NCBI GenBank assembly: GCA_038207785.1 | Contig: JBBQZK010000002.1 | Span: 17,946-81,945, forward strand | Length of the DNA stretch: 64,000 nt | Origin: Candidatus Limnocylindria bacterium | GTDB taxonomy: Bacteria > Chloroflexota > Limnocylindria > P2-11E | Reading direction: 5' to 3' | Part shown: positions 1-9,650 of the stretch, in pieces | Numbering within the stretch: position 1 is the first letter of the stretch | Layout: each line of letters starts with the position of its first letter | Position numbers and translations under genes: made by a program | Notes under the pieces: model-generated | Told to the model about the DNA's origin: nothing | The model's input: the letters and a program-made list of their open reading frames with translations, nothing else | Database searches by the model: none

Positions 1-329
1 CAGCGGGCCTTCTGCTCGCCCGACGCGGCGGTCAGCAGGTGGCCGATGCATAACGAGTTGTGCGCCGCGAGGGTGAGCGCGATCGAGCCGTCCCCGGCCC
101 CAAGCTCTTCGGCGACCAGCGCGGTCGTCAGGGCATCGAGACCCGAGCCGGCGTGCTCCTCCGGGATCGTGAGGCCGGTCAGGCCGACGGATGCGAGCTC
201 TGGGAGGAGGGGCATCGGGAACTCGCCCTGCTCGCTCCACAGGGCGGCGCGCGGCACGATGCGCTCGCGGACGAACGCGCGGATCGCGTCGCGGACCGCC
301 AGCTGATCGTCGCGATAGCGCAGATCCAC
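1..329 (-). CDS. acyl-CoA dehydrogenase, N-terminal part (3' end outside window)
   Basis: My minus-strand translation of 1-329 reads VDLRYRDDQLAVRDAIRAFVRERIVPRAALWSEQGEFPMPLLPELASVGLTGLTIPEEHAGSGLDALTTALVAEELGAGDGSIALTLAAHNSLCIGHLLTAASGEQKAR, a typical ACAD N-terminal domain. The GTG start overlaps the TAG stop of the upstream gene. It is absent from the ORF track because it is truncated at the window edge. Confidence 0.7.
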   Translation of the reverse strand, partial: MDLRYRDDQLAVRDAIRAFVRERIVPRAALWSEQGEFPMPLLPELASVGLTGLTIPEEHAGSGLDALTTALVAEELGAGDGSIALTLAAHNSLCIGHLLTAASGEQKAR

Positions 330-709
330 TACGGGGTCGGGTACGCCGAGCGAACGCCCGCGTCGACGGTCGGCAGGATCTTGTCGACAAGGGCCTGGTC
401 CTTCTCGAGCACGCCGCGGTCGACATCCCACGCCGCCTTGCGCGCCGCCGCGAGCAGCTGGCGCTGATCCGCCGGCAGCTGCGCGAACGCGACGACCCGG
501 GCCCGAGTGAGCCGCTCGCGCTCGGTGTCGTTAGTCATGCGGGTGAGCTCGCGGAGCTGTGGGGTGAGCGCGCCGACCCGTGCGATGTCGTTCGGGATCG
601 CGGCGACGAGCGCGAGACGCTTCTTCCAGAATTCGATCGCGCCAGCCTCGTCGGTCCCACCCAGGGCCGCCAGGCCCACGTCGATCGGCCGGTCGTCCTT
701 CTTGGCCAT
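329..709 (-). CDS. hypothetical protein in the acyl-CoA catabolic operon
   Basis: 126-aa ORF (MAKKDDRPIDVGLAALGGTDEAGAIEFWKK...). It is sandwiched between the mutase B12 subunit and an ACAD gene with only a 1-nt junction. I recognise no domain. Confidence 0.45.
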   Translation of the reverse strand: MAKKDDRPIDVGLAALGGTDEAGAIEFWKKRLALVAAIPNDIARVGALTPQLRELTRMTNDTERERLTRARVVAFAQLPADQRQLLAAARKAAWDVDRGVLEKDQALVDKILPTVDAGVRSAYPTP

Positions 710-720
710 GTCGCTCCTCC

Positions 721-1134
721 TTATGCGGGCTGACCGCGGCGTTTCGCCACGGCCTCGCGAACGTACGCGATGATCTCCTCGAGCGAGGCGCCGGGCTGGA
801 AGATGCGCTCCACGCCATGTTCGCGGAGCGCGATGATGTCGTCCTCTGGGATGATCCCGCCCCCGAACAGGAGGACGTCAGCCATCCCCTTCTCCTTCAT
901 GAGCTCGGCCACGCGCGGGAACAGGTAGTTGTGAGCGCCCGACAGGAGCGAGAGACCGATCGCGTCGGCATCCTCCTGCAGGGCGGTCGCCACGACCTGC
1001 TCGGGCGTCTGATGCACGCCCGTGTAGATGACTTCCATCCCGGCATCCCGCAACGCTCGCGCCACCACCTTGACCCCCCGGTCGTGGCCGTCCAGCCCGG
1101 CCTTCGCCATGACGACGCGGATCGGCCGCTTCAT
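721..1134 (-). CDS. B12-binding small subunit of acyl-CoA mutase (isobutyryl-CoA/methylmalonyl-CoA mutase family)
   Basis: [72 protein letters not shown]... carries the DxHxxG-type cobalamin-binding domain. Start placed by codon arithmetic at the Met after an Arg-rich 5' extension. Its ATG overlaps the stop of the upstream DinB-like gene (ATGA). Confidence 0.8.
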   Translation of the reverse strand: MKRPIRVVMAKAGLDGHDRGVKVVARALRDAGMEVIYTGVHQTPEQVVATALQEDADAIGLSLLSGAHNYLFPRVAELMKEKGMADVLLFGGGIIPEDDIIALREHGVERIFQPGASLEEIIAYVREAVAKRRGQPA

Positions 1135-1670
1135 TCGAGGCCCAGCTCCGTCGCATGCTCCTGATAGTGCCCGTAGGTGCAGCACGCCACGATGTCCACG
1201 AGCCGGTCGCCGTGCGTCCGAAGCTGCTCGTCGGTCAGTGCGGCGAGCTCCCTGCGCACCGCCCGGAAGGTCGTATCGAGCTCGTCGACGAGGGCCTCGG
1301 CTCCGACGAGCCGATGGCTCGTGACCACACGCGCGTTGAATGCGTCGGCGTCGGTGAACGCCGGCAACCCGAGCGCGACTTCGTCGCCCGGACCGGGTAC
1401 CGCGCCGTTGCTCCGGAACGCGCGGAGCCGGCGTGCGGTGAGATCGTGCCAGCCGGCGACGTGGGCGACGAGGTCGTGGAATGTCCAGCCCGCGCCGGTC
1501 GGCTCCGCCATCTTTGCGCGGCCGATATGGCGGACCGCCTCGCGGAACGGGCGCCAGCCGTCGTCCACGCGAGCGAGGAGCTCAGCTTGGGTCAATCGTG
1601 CGGCCGGGCCGGCTTTGCCGGCCGCGGCCGAGCCCCATTCAAAAGTACCCGGGGTCGTGGTACTCGCCAT
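1131..1670 (-). CDS. DinB/YfiT-like (DinB_2 superfamily) metal-dependent protein
   Basis: 179 aa with a [15 protein letters not shown] His motif and an [15 protein letters not shown]-terminal pattern typical of DinB_2. A strong GAAGGAGG RBS sits immediately 5' of the ATG. It lies between the mutase large and small subunits. Confidence 0.6.
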   Translation of the reverse strand: MASTTTPGTFEWGSAAAGKAGPAARLTQAELLARVDDGWRPFREAVRHIGRAKMAEPTGAGWTFHDLVAHVAGWHDLTARRLRAFRSNGAVPGPGDEVALGLPAFTDADAFNARVVTSHRLVGAEALVDELDTTFRAVRRELAALTDEQLRTHGDRLVDIVACCTYGHYQEHATELGLE

Positions 1671-3312
1671 ATGCCTCCTTCAACACCTCGACCTGCTCAC
1701 CGACGGTCGCCATCGCGCGCGCGCATTCGACGAACGCCGGCATCAGCTCGGCGTGGGCCTTCGCCTCCGCGCGCAGACGGTCCATGGCCTCGCGCCACCG
1801 GCCCGCGTCACGGGCCGCGCGGGTGGCCTGGATGCGCGCGACCTGATTGGCCTCGACGTTCGGATCGATCGCGAGGACGGGGATCTTCCCGGCGGCCTTC
1901 TCGTCGACGTACTTGTTGATGCCGACGATGACCTTTTCCTTCTCCTCGACCTGCTGCTGGAAGTGGAACGAGGCCTCGATGATCTCGCGTTGCGGGTAGC
2001 CGCGCTCGACGGCAGCGACCATGCCGCCCATTCCGTCGATCTCGTCGCGATACTTCTCGAAGCCCTTCTCCATCTCGTTGGTGAGGTGCTCGAGGTAGTA
2101 CGAGCCGGCCAGCGGATCCACGGTCTCGCTGACCCCGGACTCGTGGGCGATCACCTGCTGCGTGCGGAGGGCCAGGGTCACGGCCTCTTCCGTCGGCAGG
2201 GCGTACGTCTCGTCGAGCGAATTCGTATGCAGGGAATTCGTGCCACCGAGCACGGCCGCGAGGGCCTGGAGCGCGACCCGGACGACGTTGTTGTATGGCT
2301 GCTGCGCCGTGAGCGACACACCGGCGGTCTGCGCGTGGGTGCGCATGAGGAGGGCCTTCTCGTTCGTCGGGTGGTAGCGACGCTCCATCTCGCGCGCCCA
2401 GATCCGGCGCGCCGCGCGGAACTTCGCGATCTCTTCGAAGAAGTCGTTGTGGACGTCGAAGAAGAAGGACAGGTGCGGCGCGAAGTCGTTCACGTCGAGC
2501 CCGGCGTCCACGCCCCACTTCACGTACTCGAGCCCATCGAGCAGCGTGAACGCGAGCTCCTGGACCGCCGTCGAGCCGGCCTCTCGGATGTGATAGCCGC
2601 TGATCGACACCGTGTTCCACTTCGGCACCTCCCGGGCGCCGTAGCGGAAGCTGTCTACGACGAGCTCCATCGCGGGCTTCACCGGGACGATCCACTCGCG
2701 TTGGGCGATGTACTCCTTGAGGCAGTCGTTCTGGATCGTGCCGCCGAGCTTGCTGAACGGGATCCCCCGCTCCTCGGCGGCGGCCAAGTACATCGCCCAG
2801 ACGATCGAGGCCGGGCCGTTGATGGTCATCGACGTGGTGACCTCGCCCAGAGGGATCTTGTCGAAGAGGATGCGCATGTCCGCGAGCGAGCTCACCGCGA
2901 CCCCTTCGCGGCCGACCTCGCCGCGCGACAGCGGGTCGTCCGCGTCGCGCCCCATGAGCGTCGGCATGTCAAAGGCCGTCGACAAGCCGGTCACGCCGTG
3001 CGCGAGCAGGTAGTGGAAGCGCGCGTTGGTGTCCTCGGCGGAGCCGAAGCCCGCGAACTGCCGCATGGTCCAGAGGCGCCCGCGGTACATCGAGGGATAC
3101 ACGCCGCGCGTGTACGGGAACTGCCCGGGCAGCCCGAGGTCGCGCTCGGGATCGAAGTCCGGCAGGTCATCCGCCGTGTACAGCGGATCGACCGGCAGAT
3201 CGGACAGCGTCGAGAACCGCGACTTGCGCTCGGGATGCGCGGCGATCGCGGTCTCGTATTTTTCGAGCCACCGCGACTTCGCGGTCCCGGTCTCGGCGTT
3301 CTCGGCTTTCAT
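1639..3312 (-). CDS. acyl-CoA mutase large (catalytic) subunit; residue signature suggests isobutyryl-CoA mutase
   Basis: 557 aa. [23 protein letters not shown]...[16 protein letters not shown]...[12 protein letters not shown]...LRTHAQTAG...[28 protein letters not shown] aligns to the MCM alpha catalytic TIM-barrel. It has no C-terminal B12 domain, so this is the split form. The ATG overlaps the stop of the upstream ACAD (ATGA). Confidence 0.9.
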   Translation of the reverse strand: MKAENAETGTAKSRWLEKYETAIAAHPERKSRFSTLSDLPVDPLYTADDLPDFDPERDLGLPGQFPYTRGVYPSMYRGRLWTMRQFAGFGSAEDTNARFHYLLAHGVTGLSTAFDMPTLMGRDADDPLSRGEVGREGVAVSSLADMRILFDKIPLGEVTTSMTINGPASIVWAMYLAAAEERGIPFSKLGGTIQNDCLKEYIAQREWIVPVKPAMELVVDSFRYGAREVPKWNTVSISGYHIREAGSTAVQELAFTLLDGLEYVKWGVDAGLDVNDFAPHLSFFFDVHNDFFEEIAKFRAARRIWAREMERRYHPTNEKALLMRTHAQTAGVSLTAQQPYNNVVRVALQALAAVLGGTNSLHTNSLDETYALPTEEAVTLALRTQQVIAHESGVSETVDPLAGSYYLEHLTNEMEKGFEKYRDEIDGMGGMVAAVERGYPQREIIEASFHFQQQVEEKEKVIVGINKYVDEKAAGKIPVLAIDPNVEANQVARIQATRAARDAGRWREAMDRLRAEAKAHAELMPAFVECARAMATVGEQVEVLKEAYGEYHDPGYF

Positions 3313-4460
3313 GCCGCCACCAGTGACCGGGCGATGACCATGCGCTGTACCTCGCTCGTTCCTTCATAGATCGTGGTCGCGCGGGCGTCGCGGAAGTACC
3401 GCTCGATACCGTACTCGCGCATGTAGCCGTAGCCCCCGAACACCTGCAGGCACGCGTACGCAGCCCGGTTGGCGGCTTCGCTGGCGTAGAGCTTCGCCAT
3501 CGCGGCCTCGCGAGTGAACCGCACCCCCCGATCCTTCAGCCATGCGGCACGCAGCACGAGGAGCCGGGCAGCATCGAGCTCCGTCCGCACGGTGCTGAGC
3601 GAGAAGCGGATCGCTTGGAACGAGGCGATCGGTGCGCCGAACTGCCGGCGCTCCTTCGCATAGCCGGCGGCGAGCCCGAGGGCGCCACGGGCGATGCCGC
3701 AGGACTGCGCCGCGATGCCGATGCGCCCGGCGTCGAGCCCGGCCATCGCCACGTCGCCGAAGCCCTTGCCCTCCGTGCCGAGCACCGCGCTCGCGGGGAT
3801 CCGCGCGCCGTCGAACGTGACGGCACTGGTCTCCGACGCCTGCAGCCCCAGCTTGTGCTCGGGCTTCCCGATGATGACGCCGGGCGTCCCCGCCGGGACG
3901 AGGAACGCGGTGATGCCGGCGTGGGGTCGAGCCGGCGCGGCCGTACCGATGCGTGCGAGCACGATGAAGAAGGGTGCGTAGCTCGCGCTGGTGACGAAGA
4001 GCTTGGTGCCGCGGAGGATCCAGCACTCGTCGTCCCGCGTTGCCGTCGCGCGGAGGGAGGCCGCATCGGATCCGGACGTAGGCTCGGTCAGACAGAAGCC
4101 CGCGAGGCCGCGGCCGTCCGAGAGCATCGGGAAGAACGCGCGCTTCTGCTCGACAGTACCGAGCCTCGCGATCGAGGTCGCGACGATGCCGCTGTTGACC
4201 GACACACCGACCGCGAGCGACGGCCACACGGCCGCGAGCTCCTCGAGGACGAGCGCGAACGCCACCGCCGACGCGCCGAGCCCGCCGTCGCTTTCCGGCA
4301 CGTTCATGCCGAGGATCCCAAGCTCGCCGAGGGACCGGGTCACGTCCATCGGGATCGTGCCCTCGGTCTCGGCGGCCGGAACGCGGTCCCGCAGTCCGCG
4401 CGCGAATGCGCCGACGCCCGCGGCGAGGTCGCGCTCCTCCGCCCCCGCGAACGGGAACAT
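3309..4460 (-). CDS. acyl-CoA dehydrogenase
   Basis: Start [10 protein letters not shown]... at 4460 by codon arithmetic inside ORF 3309..5078. ACAD motifs present: [45 protein letters not shown]. The ATG overlaps the etfA stop. Confidence 0.85.
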   Translation of the reverse strand: MFPFAGAEERDLAAGVGAFARGLRDRVPAAETEGTIPMDVTRSLGELGILGMNVPESDGGLGASAVAFALVLEELAAVWPSLAVGVSVNSGIVATSIARLGTVEQKRAFFPMLSDGRGLAGFCLTEPTSGSDAASLRATATRDDECWILRGTKLFVTSASYAPFFIVLARIGTAAPARPHAGITAFLVPAGTPGVIIGKPEHKLGLQASETSAVTFDGARIPASAVLGTEGKGFGDVAMAGLDAGRIGIAAQSCGIARGALGLAAGYAKERRQFGAPIASFQAIRFSLSTVRTELDAARLLVLRAAWLKDRGVRFTREAAMAKLYASEAANRAAYACLQVFGGYGYMREYGIERYFRDARATTIYEGTSEVQRMVIARSLVAA

Positions 4461-5344
4461 CAGGCGCCGGCCTTCGCATTCTTCACCGCGTCGGCGAACG
4501 CCGGGAGGAACTCGAACACGTCGCCGACGATGCCGTAGTCGGCGACCTTGAAGATGTCGGCATCCGGATCCTTGTTCACGGCCACGATGACCTTGCTCGA
4601 GGTCATGCCGGCGAGGTGCTGGATCGCCCCCGAGATACCGAGCGCGATGTAGAGGTCCGGGCTCACGGTCTTGCCGGTCTGGCCGACCTGCTCCTCGTTC
4701 GGCCGCCAGCCCGCGTCCGTAACGGCCCGCGACGCGCCCAGCGCGGCACCGAGGACGTCCGCCAGCGCCTCGACCTGGGTCCAGCCTTCGGGCCCCTTCA
4801 GTCCCCGGCCGCCGGACACGATCACCCGCGCTTCGCTGAGCGGCACGCGGCCGCCGCCGGACGCCGTCGGCTCGAAACGGACGAACGTGAGACCGGGGGC
4901 GTCCTGCGCCGCGACGCCCGTGACCTGCGGATCCGCGGCGCCGTCGGAGAGCGGGAACGCGTTCGGGCGCACGCTCACGACGGCCGGCAGGGCCGCGCGC
5001 ACCCGCGCCCGGACCTTCCCGGCGTACATGCCGCGCGTCGCTTCGACCGCTGCGCCGTCGATCGCAAGATCGGTGCATTCGGAGAGATACGCGCGGCCCA
5101 GCTTCGCCGCGAGCCGTGCGGCGACGTCGCGGCCCGATGGCGTGGCGCCGAGGAGGATGAGGTCGGGCGCATCCGTCTTCGCGCGCGCGGCCAGGGCGGT
5201 CGCGGCCGCCACGGCCGAGACGCGCTCGCCCGCGACCTCGAGGACGGTCGCGTCGCCGAGGGCTGCCGCTTTCGCGGCGAGCTCCTTCGAGACGCGGCGC
5301 AGCGTCCCGTCAGTGGACCGTTCGGCGATGACCCAGATCTTCAT
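4460..5344 (-). CDS. etfA: electron transfer flavoprotein alpha subunit
   Basis: MKIWVIAERS... with the C-terminal FAD-binding region (VIVAVNKDPDADIFKVADYGIVGDVFEFLP). Start by arithmetic in ORF 4460..5695. The ATG overlaps the etfB stop (ATGA). Confidence 0.9.
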   Translation of the reverse strand: MKIWVIAERSTDGTLRRVSKELAAKAAALGDATVLEVAGERVSAVAAATALAARAKTDAPDLILLGATPSGRDVAARLAAKLGRAYLSECTDLAIDGAAVEATRGMYAGKVRARVRAALPAVVSVRPNAFPLSDGAADPQVTGVAAQDAPGLTFVRFEPTASGGGRVPLSEARVIVSGGRGLKGPEGWTQVEALADVLGAALGASRAVTDAGWRPNEEQVGQTGKTVSPDLYIALGISGAIQHLAGMTSSKVIVAVNKDPDADIFKVADYGIVGDVFEFLPAFADAVKNAKAGA

Positions 5345-6111
5345 AGGACCTTCGCCTCGTCGCGCAAGAGCGTGGCGAGCTCGGCGGCGAACGCCTTCGT
5401 GTCGCCGTCCTTGAAGATCTTCCCTCCGCCGCGTGCCGGCGGCGGCTCCAGCTTCACGATCTCGAGCTTCACCGCATCGGCCACGCCGGCGACCGGCCGT
5501 TCGGGGATCTCCTTCTTCTTCGCTTTCATGATCCCGGGCAGCGACGGGTAGCGCGGGTCCTTCGCGCTCTTCTGCACGGTCAGCACGGCCCCGCCGCTCG
5601 CGTTCCAGACCTCGTGGCCGCCCTCGGTCTCCTTCCACACCTCCGTACCGCCCGCGACCGGGGCGAACTTCGTCACGACCGCGACGTGCGGCCACCCGAG
5701 GGCCTCCGCGAGCGCGGGACCGACGAAGCCCTGGTCGTCATCCGACGCCTGCTTCCCGCAGAGCACGAGGTCCGGCTTCAGCTCGTCGACCGCGCTCTTC
5801 AGCGCGTTGGCGATCCCGAGCGGCCCGAGTGCGTCGGCGCCCTCGCCGGTGACGAGCGTCGCGTCATCGCAGCCCATCGCCAGCGCCTGGCGCAGGGCGT
5901 CCTTCGTCCGCGGGCCGCCGACACTGATGACGCTCACCACCGTGTCGGCCGCGGTGTCTTTGTGCTCGAGCGCGAGCTCGATGGCGTACTCGTCGTACGG
6001 CGAGATGGACCACGTGACGCCATCCGTGACCACGGACGCGCCATCCGGCGCGACCTTGACCCGCGTCGTCGAGTCGGGGACCTGCTTGATGCAGATGAGC
6101 AGCCTCGTCAT
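5341..6111 (-). CDS. etfB: electron transfer flavoprotein beta subunit
   Basis: MTRLLICIKQVPDSTTRVKV... is the canonical EtfB N-terminus. The ATG overlaps the stop of the upstream EtfD-like gene. Confidence 0.9.
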   Translation of the reverse strand: MTRLLICIKQVPDSTTRVKVAPDGASVVTDGVTWSISPYDEYAIELALEHKDTAADTVVSVISVGGPRTKDALRQALAMGCDDATLVTGEGADALGPLGIANALKSAVDELKPDLVLCGKQASDDDQGFVGPALAEALGWPHVAVVTKFAPVAGGTEVWKETEGGHEVWNASGGAVLTVQKSAKDPRYPSLPGIMKAKKKEIPERPVAGVADAVKLEIVKLEPPPARGGGKIFKDGDTKAFAAELATLLRDEAKVL

Positions 6112-8117
6112 CGAATCACTCCTTCACCGTTGAGCCGCGCCGCCACCAGCTCCAGGACATCCACCGGTTTCAGCGTGTCCTGGATCCCCTTCGCGCCCAC
6201 GCCCTCGTCAAGCATGATGAGACAGAAGGGACAGCCCGATGCGACCTTGGAGGGCTGCGCGCCGATGGCGTCGCCGGCGGCGAGGATCTGCTCGACCCTG
6301 CGGTGATTGACCCGCTGGCCGATCTTCTCCTCCATCCACATCCGGCCGCCACCCGCGCCGCAGCAGAAGCCCCGCTCGCGGTGGTGCGGCTCGATCTCCA
6401 TCCGGCTCACGCCGTCCATCGCGTCCAGCACCGCGCGAGGGTCGTCGTAGATGCCGTTGTGCCGGCCGAGGTAGCAGGGGTCGTGGTACGCGACCGATTC
6501 CGTGACGCCCGGGCCGAGCACGATCCGCTTGTCCGCGATCAGATCCTGGACGAGCTGCAGGGCGTGCACCACCTCATAGGTGCCCCCGAGCTGCGGATAT
6601 TCGTTCGCGAACGTGTTGAAACAGTGGGGGCACGACGCGATGATCTTGCGGATCTTGTAGCGGCCGAATGTCTCGATGTTCTGCTGAGCCTGCAGTTGCC
6701 AGAGGTATTCGTTCCCCATCCGGCGCGCCGGGTCGCCGTTGCAGGTCTCTTCCGTCGCGAGGATGGCGAAGGACAGGCCCGCCGACGTGAGGATCTTTGC
6801 CAGCGCCTGGGCGACGCGCTGGTTCCGGCGATCGAACGAGGCCGCGCAGCCGACGAAGTACAGGTACTCCGCGTCGGGCATCTCGGCGAACGTCGGCACC
6901 CCGAGACCCTCCGACCAGTCGCCGCGCGTGCCCGCCGGCTCGCCCCAGGGATTCCCTGCGCGCTCGATGTTCGTCATGGCACGCTGCGCCTCGGGCGGCG
7001 CGGCGGCCTCCTGCATGGTGAGGTAGCGGCGCATGTCGACGATCTTGTCGATGTGCTCGATCGTGACCGGGCACTGCTCGACGCACGCGGCGCACGTGGT
7101 GCACGCCCAGAGCTCGTCCGGCTTCGTCGGCAGCTGATGCGCCGGCGGTGTGCCGGTGGCCAGGGGGTCCTTGAGCAGGGCATCGCCTTCCTTCAGCAGC
7201 AGGTCACGCAGATCGAGCACGATCTTCTGCGGGTCGAGCGGCTTGCCCGTCGCGAGGGCCGGACAGTTGTCCGAGCAGCGCCCGCACTCGGTGCAGGTGT
7301 AGCCATCGAGGTGCTGCTTCCACGAGAAGTCGCGCAGGCTCGCCGCGCCGAACGCCTCCTGCTCCTCGATCTGTTCCACGAACCGGAGCGCGCCGCGGGG
7401 CCGCTGCGACCGGAAGAACACGTTGGGCAGGGTCGTCACGATGTGCAGGTGCTTCGACTGCGGGAGGTACGCCGCGAACGCGAGGACCGTGACGACGTGC
7501 ACCCACCACGCGGCCGCGAACACCGATCCGGCGGCGCCGGCGGGGTACGGGATCGGCAGGAGCTGCGCGAACGGCGGCGTCGACTGGCGCACGGCGAGAT
7601 AGCCCGCGGCGACACCGGCGTTCTCGAACAGGAGCAGGGAGACCATCAGGGTCGCGATGAGCCCGAGGATGATGTAGCCGTCGAGCGCGATATGCATCCG
7701 GGGCGGCTTGAAGAACGCCCGCCGGACGAGCGCGAGCACGATGGACGCGAGCACGAGAGCCGCGAACACGTCCACGGCCCACACGAACGCGCCGCTCTCC
7801 GCACCGGGCATGCGCAGGCCGAACAGGCCGCTGGCGAGCAGGTCGACCGTGCCCAGCGTGATGACGATGAAGCCCCAGAAGATGAACGCGTGGGCGATGC
7901 CCCGGATGTAGTACGGACGCTTCAACAGCTTGCGCTGCAACACGTAGATGACGAGCTCGTCCTTCAGGCGCCTGCCCAGGTGCGCCCGCCGATCCTCGTT
8001 CCAGCCGAGCCGGAGATAGCGGTACAGTTTCCAGGCCCGGTACCCGAACGCGCCGAAGCCAAGGATGGCCACCGCCGCGAGCACGACCGCGCCGAGGCCC
8101 TGCGTCGGTGGGATCAC
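6108..8117 (-). CDS. membrane-bound Fe-S oxidoreductase with CCG domains (EtfD-like, Etf-quinone oxidoreductase candidate)
   Basis: The C-terminal ~670 aa of ORF 6108..9017 hold N-terminal transmembrane helices, two 4Fe-4S Cys clusters (CTECGRCSDNCP, CTTCAACVEQCP) and two CCG cysteine-rich domains (CCGAGGG...CPFC). I propose a GTG start at VIPPTQGLG, overlapping the TGA of the upstream ACAD (GTGA). Confidence 0.75.
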   Translation of the reverse strand: MIPPTQGLGAVVLAAVAILGFGAFGYRAWKLYRYLRLGWNEDRRAHLGRRLKDELVIYVLQRKLLKRPYYIRGIAHAFIFWGFIVITLGTVDLLASGLFGLRMPGAESGAFVWAVDVFAALVLASIVLALVRRAFFKPPRMHIALDGYIILGLIATLMVSLLLFENAGVAAGYLAVRQSTPPFAQLLPIPYPAGAAGSVFAAAWWVHVVTVLAFAAYLPQSKHLHIVTTLPNVFFRSQRPRGALRFVEQIEEQEAFGAASLRDFSWKQHLDGYTCTECGRCSDNCPALATGKPLDPQKIVLDLRDLLLKEGDALLKDPLATGTPPAHQLPTKPDELWACTTCAACVEQCPVTIEHIDKIVDMRRYLTMQEAAAPPEAQRAMTNIERAGNPWGEPAGTRGDWSEGLGVPTFAEMPDAEYLYFVGCAASFDRRNQRVAQALAKILTSAGLSFAILATEETCNGDPARRMGNEYLWQLQAQQNIETFGRYKIRKIIASCPHCFNTFANEYPQLGGTYEVVHALQLVQDLIADKRIVLGPGVTESVAYHDPCYLGRHNGIYDDPRAVLDAMDGVSRMEIEPHHRERGFCCGAGGGRMWMEEKIGQRVNHRRVEQILAAGDAIGAQPSKVASGCPFCLIMLDEGVGAKGIQDTLKPVDVLELVAARLNGEGVIR

Positions 8118-9292
8118 GCCAAGAGGTCCTCGGAGATGATGAGCTTCATGATCTCGCTCGTACCTTCGTAGATCTCGGTGATCTTCGCGTCGCGATAGTG
8201 ACGCTCGGCCGGGTAGTCCTTCAGGTAGCCGTAGCCCCCGAAGATCTGGACGCAGTTCCGGGCTGACTTCATCGCGACGTCCGACGCGAATAGCTTCGCC
8301 ATCGCCGCCTCGGCGCTGAACGGCTCCCCGCGGTCCTTGAGCGTCGCGGCGCGCCACGTCATGAGCCGCGCGGCGTCCAGCTCGGTGGCCATGTCCGCGA
8401 GCATCCACTGGATCGCCTGCAGCTCCGCGATCGGCTTGCCGAACGCCTGACGCTCCTTCGCGTACGCGAGGGAATCCTCGAGGCAGGCCCGGCCGATGCC
8501 GACCGCCTGCGCGGCGATCCCGATGCGGCCCCCATCGAGCGTCGAGAGAGCGATCCTGAATCCCTCGCCGATCTCGCCGAGGCGCTGGTCGTCGTCGACG
8601 CGCACGTTCTCGAACACCAGCTGCGCCGTGTCCGAGCCCTTGATCCCGAGCTTTTGCTCGACGCGCCCGACGGAGAGGCCCGGCGTGGGCTTGTCGACGA
8701 CGAACGCGGTGATGCCCGTGTGCCGCGAGCCCGGCTCGGTCTGCGCGAACACGACGACGACATCCGATGTCACGCCGTTGGTGATGAAGTTCTTGGTGCC
8801 GCTGAGTAGCCATCCCGAGCCGTCCCGCTTGGCGGTCATCTGGAGGCCGGCCGCGTCCGAACCCGACGCCGGCTCGGTCAGCGCGAAGCAGCCCAGCTTC
8901 TCGCCTTGCGCGAGCGGGCGAAGCCACCGCTCCTTCTGCTCGGGCGTCCCGCACTTCAGCAGCGGCCCGCAGGCAAGCGAGTTGTGGGCCTGCATGACCA
9001 CGCCCGTCGACGCGCACGCCCGATTGATCTCCTCGGACGCGAGGATGTACGACACGGTGTCGAGACCTGCGCCGCCCAGCTCCTCCGGAACGTAGATGCC
9101 CATGAAGCCGAGCGCCGCGAGCTCCTTCAGGATGGCCGGCGGGATCTTGCCCTGCTCGTCGATGTCGTGCGCGATCGGCAACAGCTTGTCGGTCGCGAAA
9201 TCGCGGGCCGTCCGCTGGACGAGCTCCTGCGAGTCGGTCAGCGAGAGATCGAACGCCGCGCCGGCGTCCGTCGGCTCAGTGGTCGTGGTCAT
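8114..9292 (-). CDS. acyl-CoA dehydrogenase
   Basis: 392 aa: MTTTTEPTD...GCFALTEPASGSDA...FGGYGYLKDYPAERHYRDAKITEIYEGTSEI. Classic ACAD. Confidence 0.85.
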   Translation of the reverse strand: MTTTTEPTDAGAAFDLSLTDSQELVQRTARDFATDKLLPIAHDIDEQGKIPPAILKELAALGFMGIYVPEELGGAGLDTVSYILASEEINRACASTGVVMQAHNSLACGPLLKCGTPEQKERWLRPLAQGEKLGCFALTEPASGSDAAGLQMTAKRDGSGWLLSGTKNFITNGVTSDVVVVFAQTEPGSRHTGITAFVVDKPTPGLSVGRVEQKLGIKGSDTAQLVFENVRVDDDQRLGEIGEGFRIALSTLDGGRIGIAAQAVGIGRACLEDSLAYAKERQAFGKPIAELQAIQWMLADMATELDAARLMTWRAATLKDRGEPFSAEAAMAKLFASDVAMKSARNCVQIFGGYGYLKDYPAERHYRDAKITEIYEGTSEIMKLIISEDLLA

Positions 9293-9650
9293 GGCCGTGC
9301 TCCTCGTTCACGTGTATGCCGATGAACCTGCCGTCAGGATCGCGCGCGAAGAAATAGTCGCCGTAGAAGTCACCGACCACCGCCTTCGCCGCCTTGGCCT
9401 TCTCGAAGGCGGCCGTCACGTCGTCGACGCCGAACCACACGACGAACGCACCCTGCCCGCGGACCTCGGCCGGCGTCTCCCGGTCATCGGGCGAATGGAA
9501 CACCACATCGGCGTTCTCCGCGCGGAGCCAGCTCGCGTTCGGATCGCCGCCCGTTCCTGCCGGAAGGCCGACGAGGTCCGCATAGAAGCGGGCCGTGGCG
9601 GCGTGGGTGGCCGAGAACGCGAACACCGGGCCGACCTGCGGACCGCTCAC
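9276..9650 (-). CDS. VOC (glyoxalase/bleomycin-resistance/dioxygenase) family protein
   Basis: ~124 aa from the proposed GTG ([30 protein letters not shown]...[12 protein letters not shown]). The GTG overlaps the hbd stop (GTGA). I infer the fold from the pattern only. Confidence 0.5.
   Translation of the reverse strand: MSGPQVGPVFAFSATHAATARFYADLVGLPAGTGGDPNASWLRAENADVVFHSPDDRETPAEVRGQGAFVVWFGVDDVTAAFEKAKAAKAVVGDFYGDYFFARDPDGRFIGIHVNEEHGHDHDH

Noticed and set aside
1177-3369. 730-aa plus-strand ORF, and similar long Arg/Pro/Gly-rich ORFs antisense to well-supported genes (for example 3364..4479 -, 6303..8171 +, 9701..11443 +, 34483..36417 +, 36036..39632 +, 40262..42514 +, 55080..56384 -, 19634..20509 -, 52772..54853 -)
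   Set aside because: These are typical shadow ORFs of a 70% GC genome. They have low-complexity Arg-rich translations with no domain signatures, and in each case the opposite strand encodes a clearly recognisable protein.
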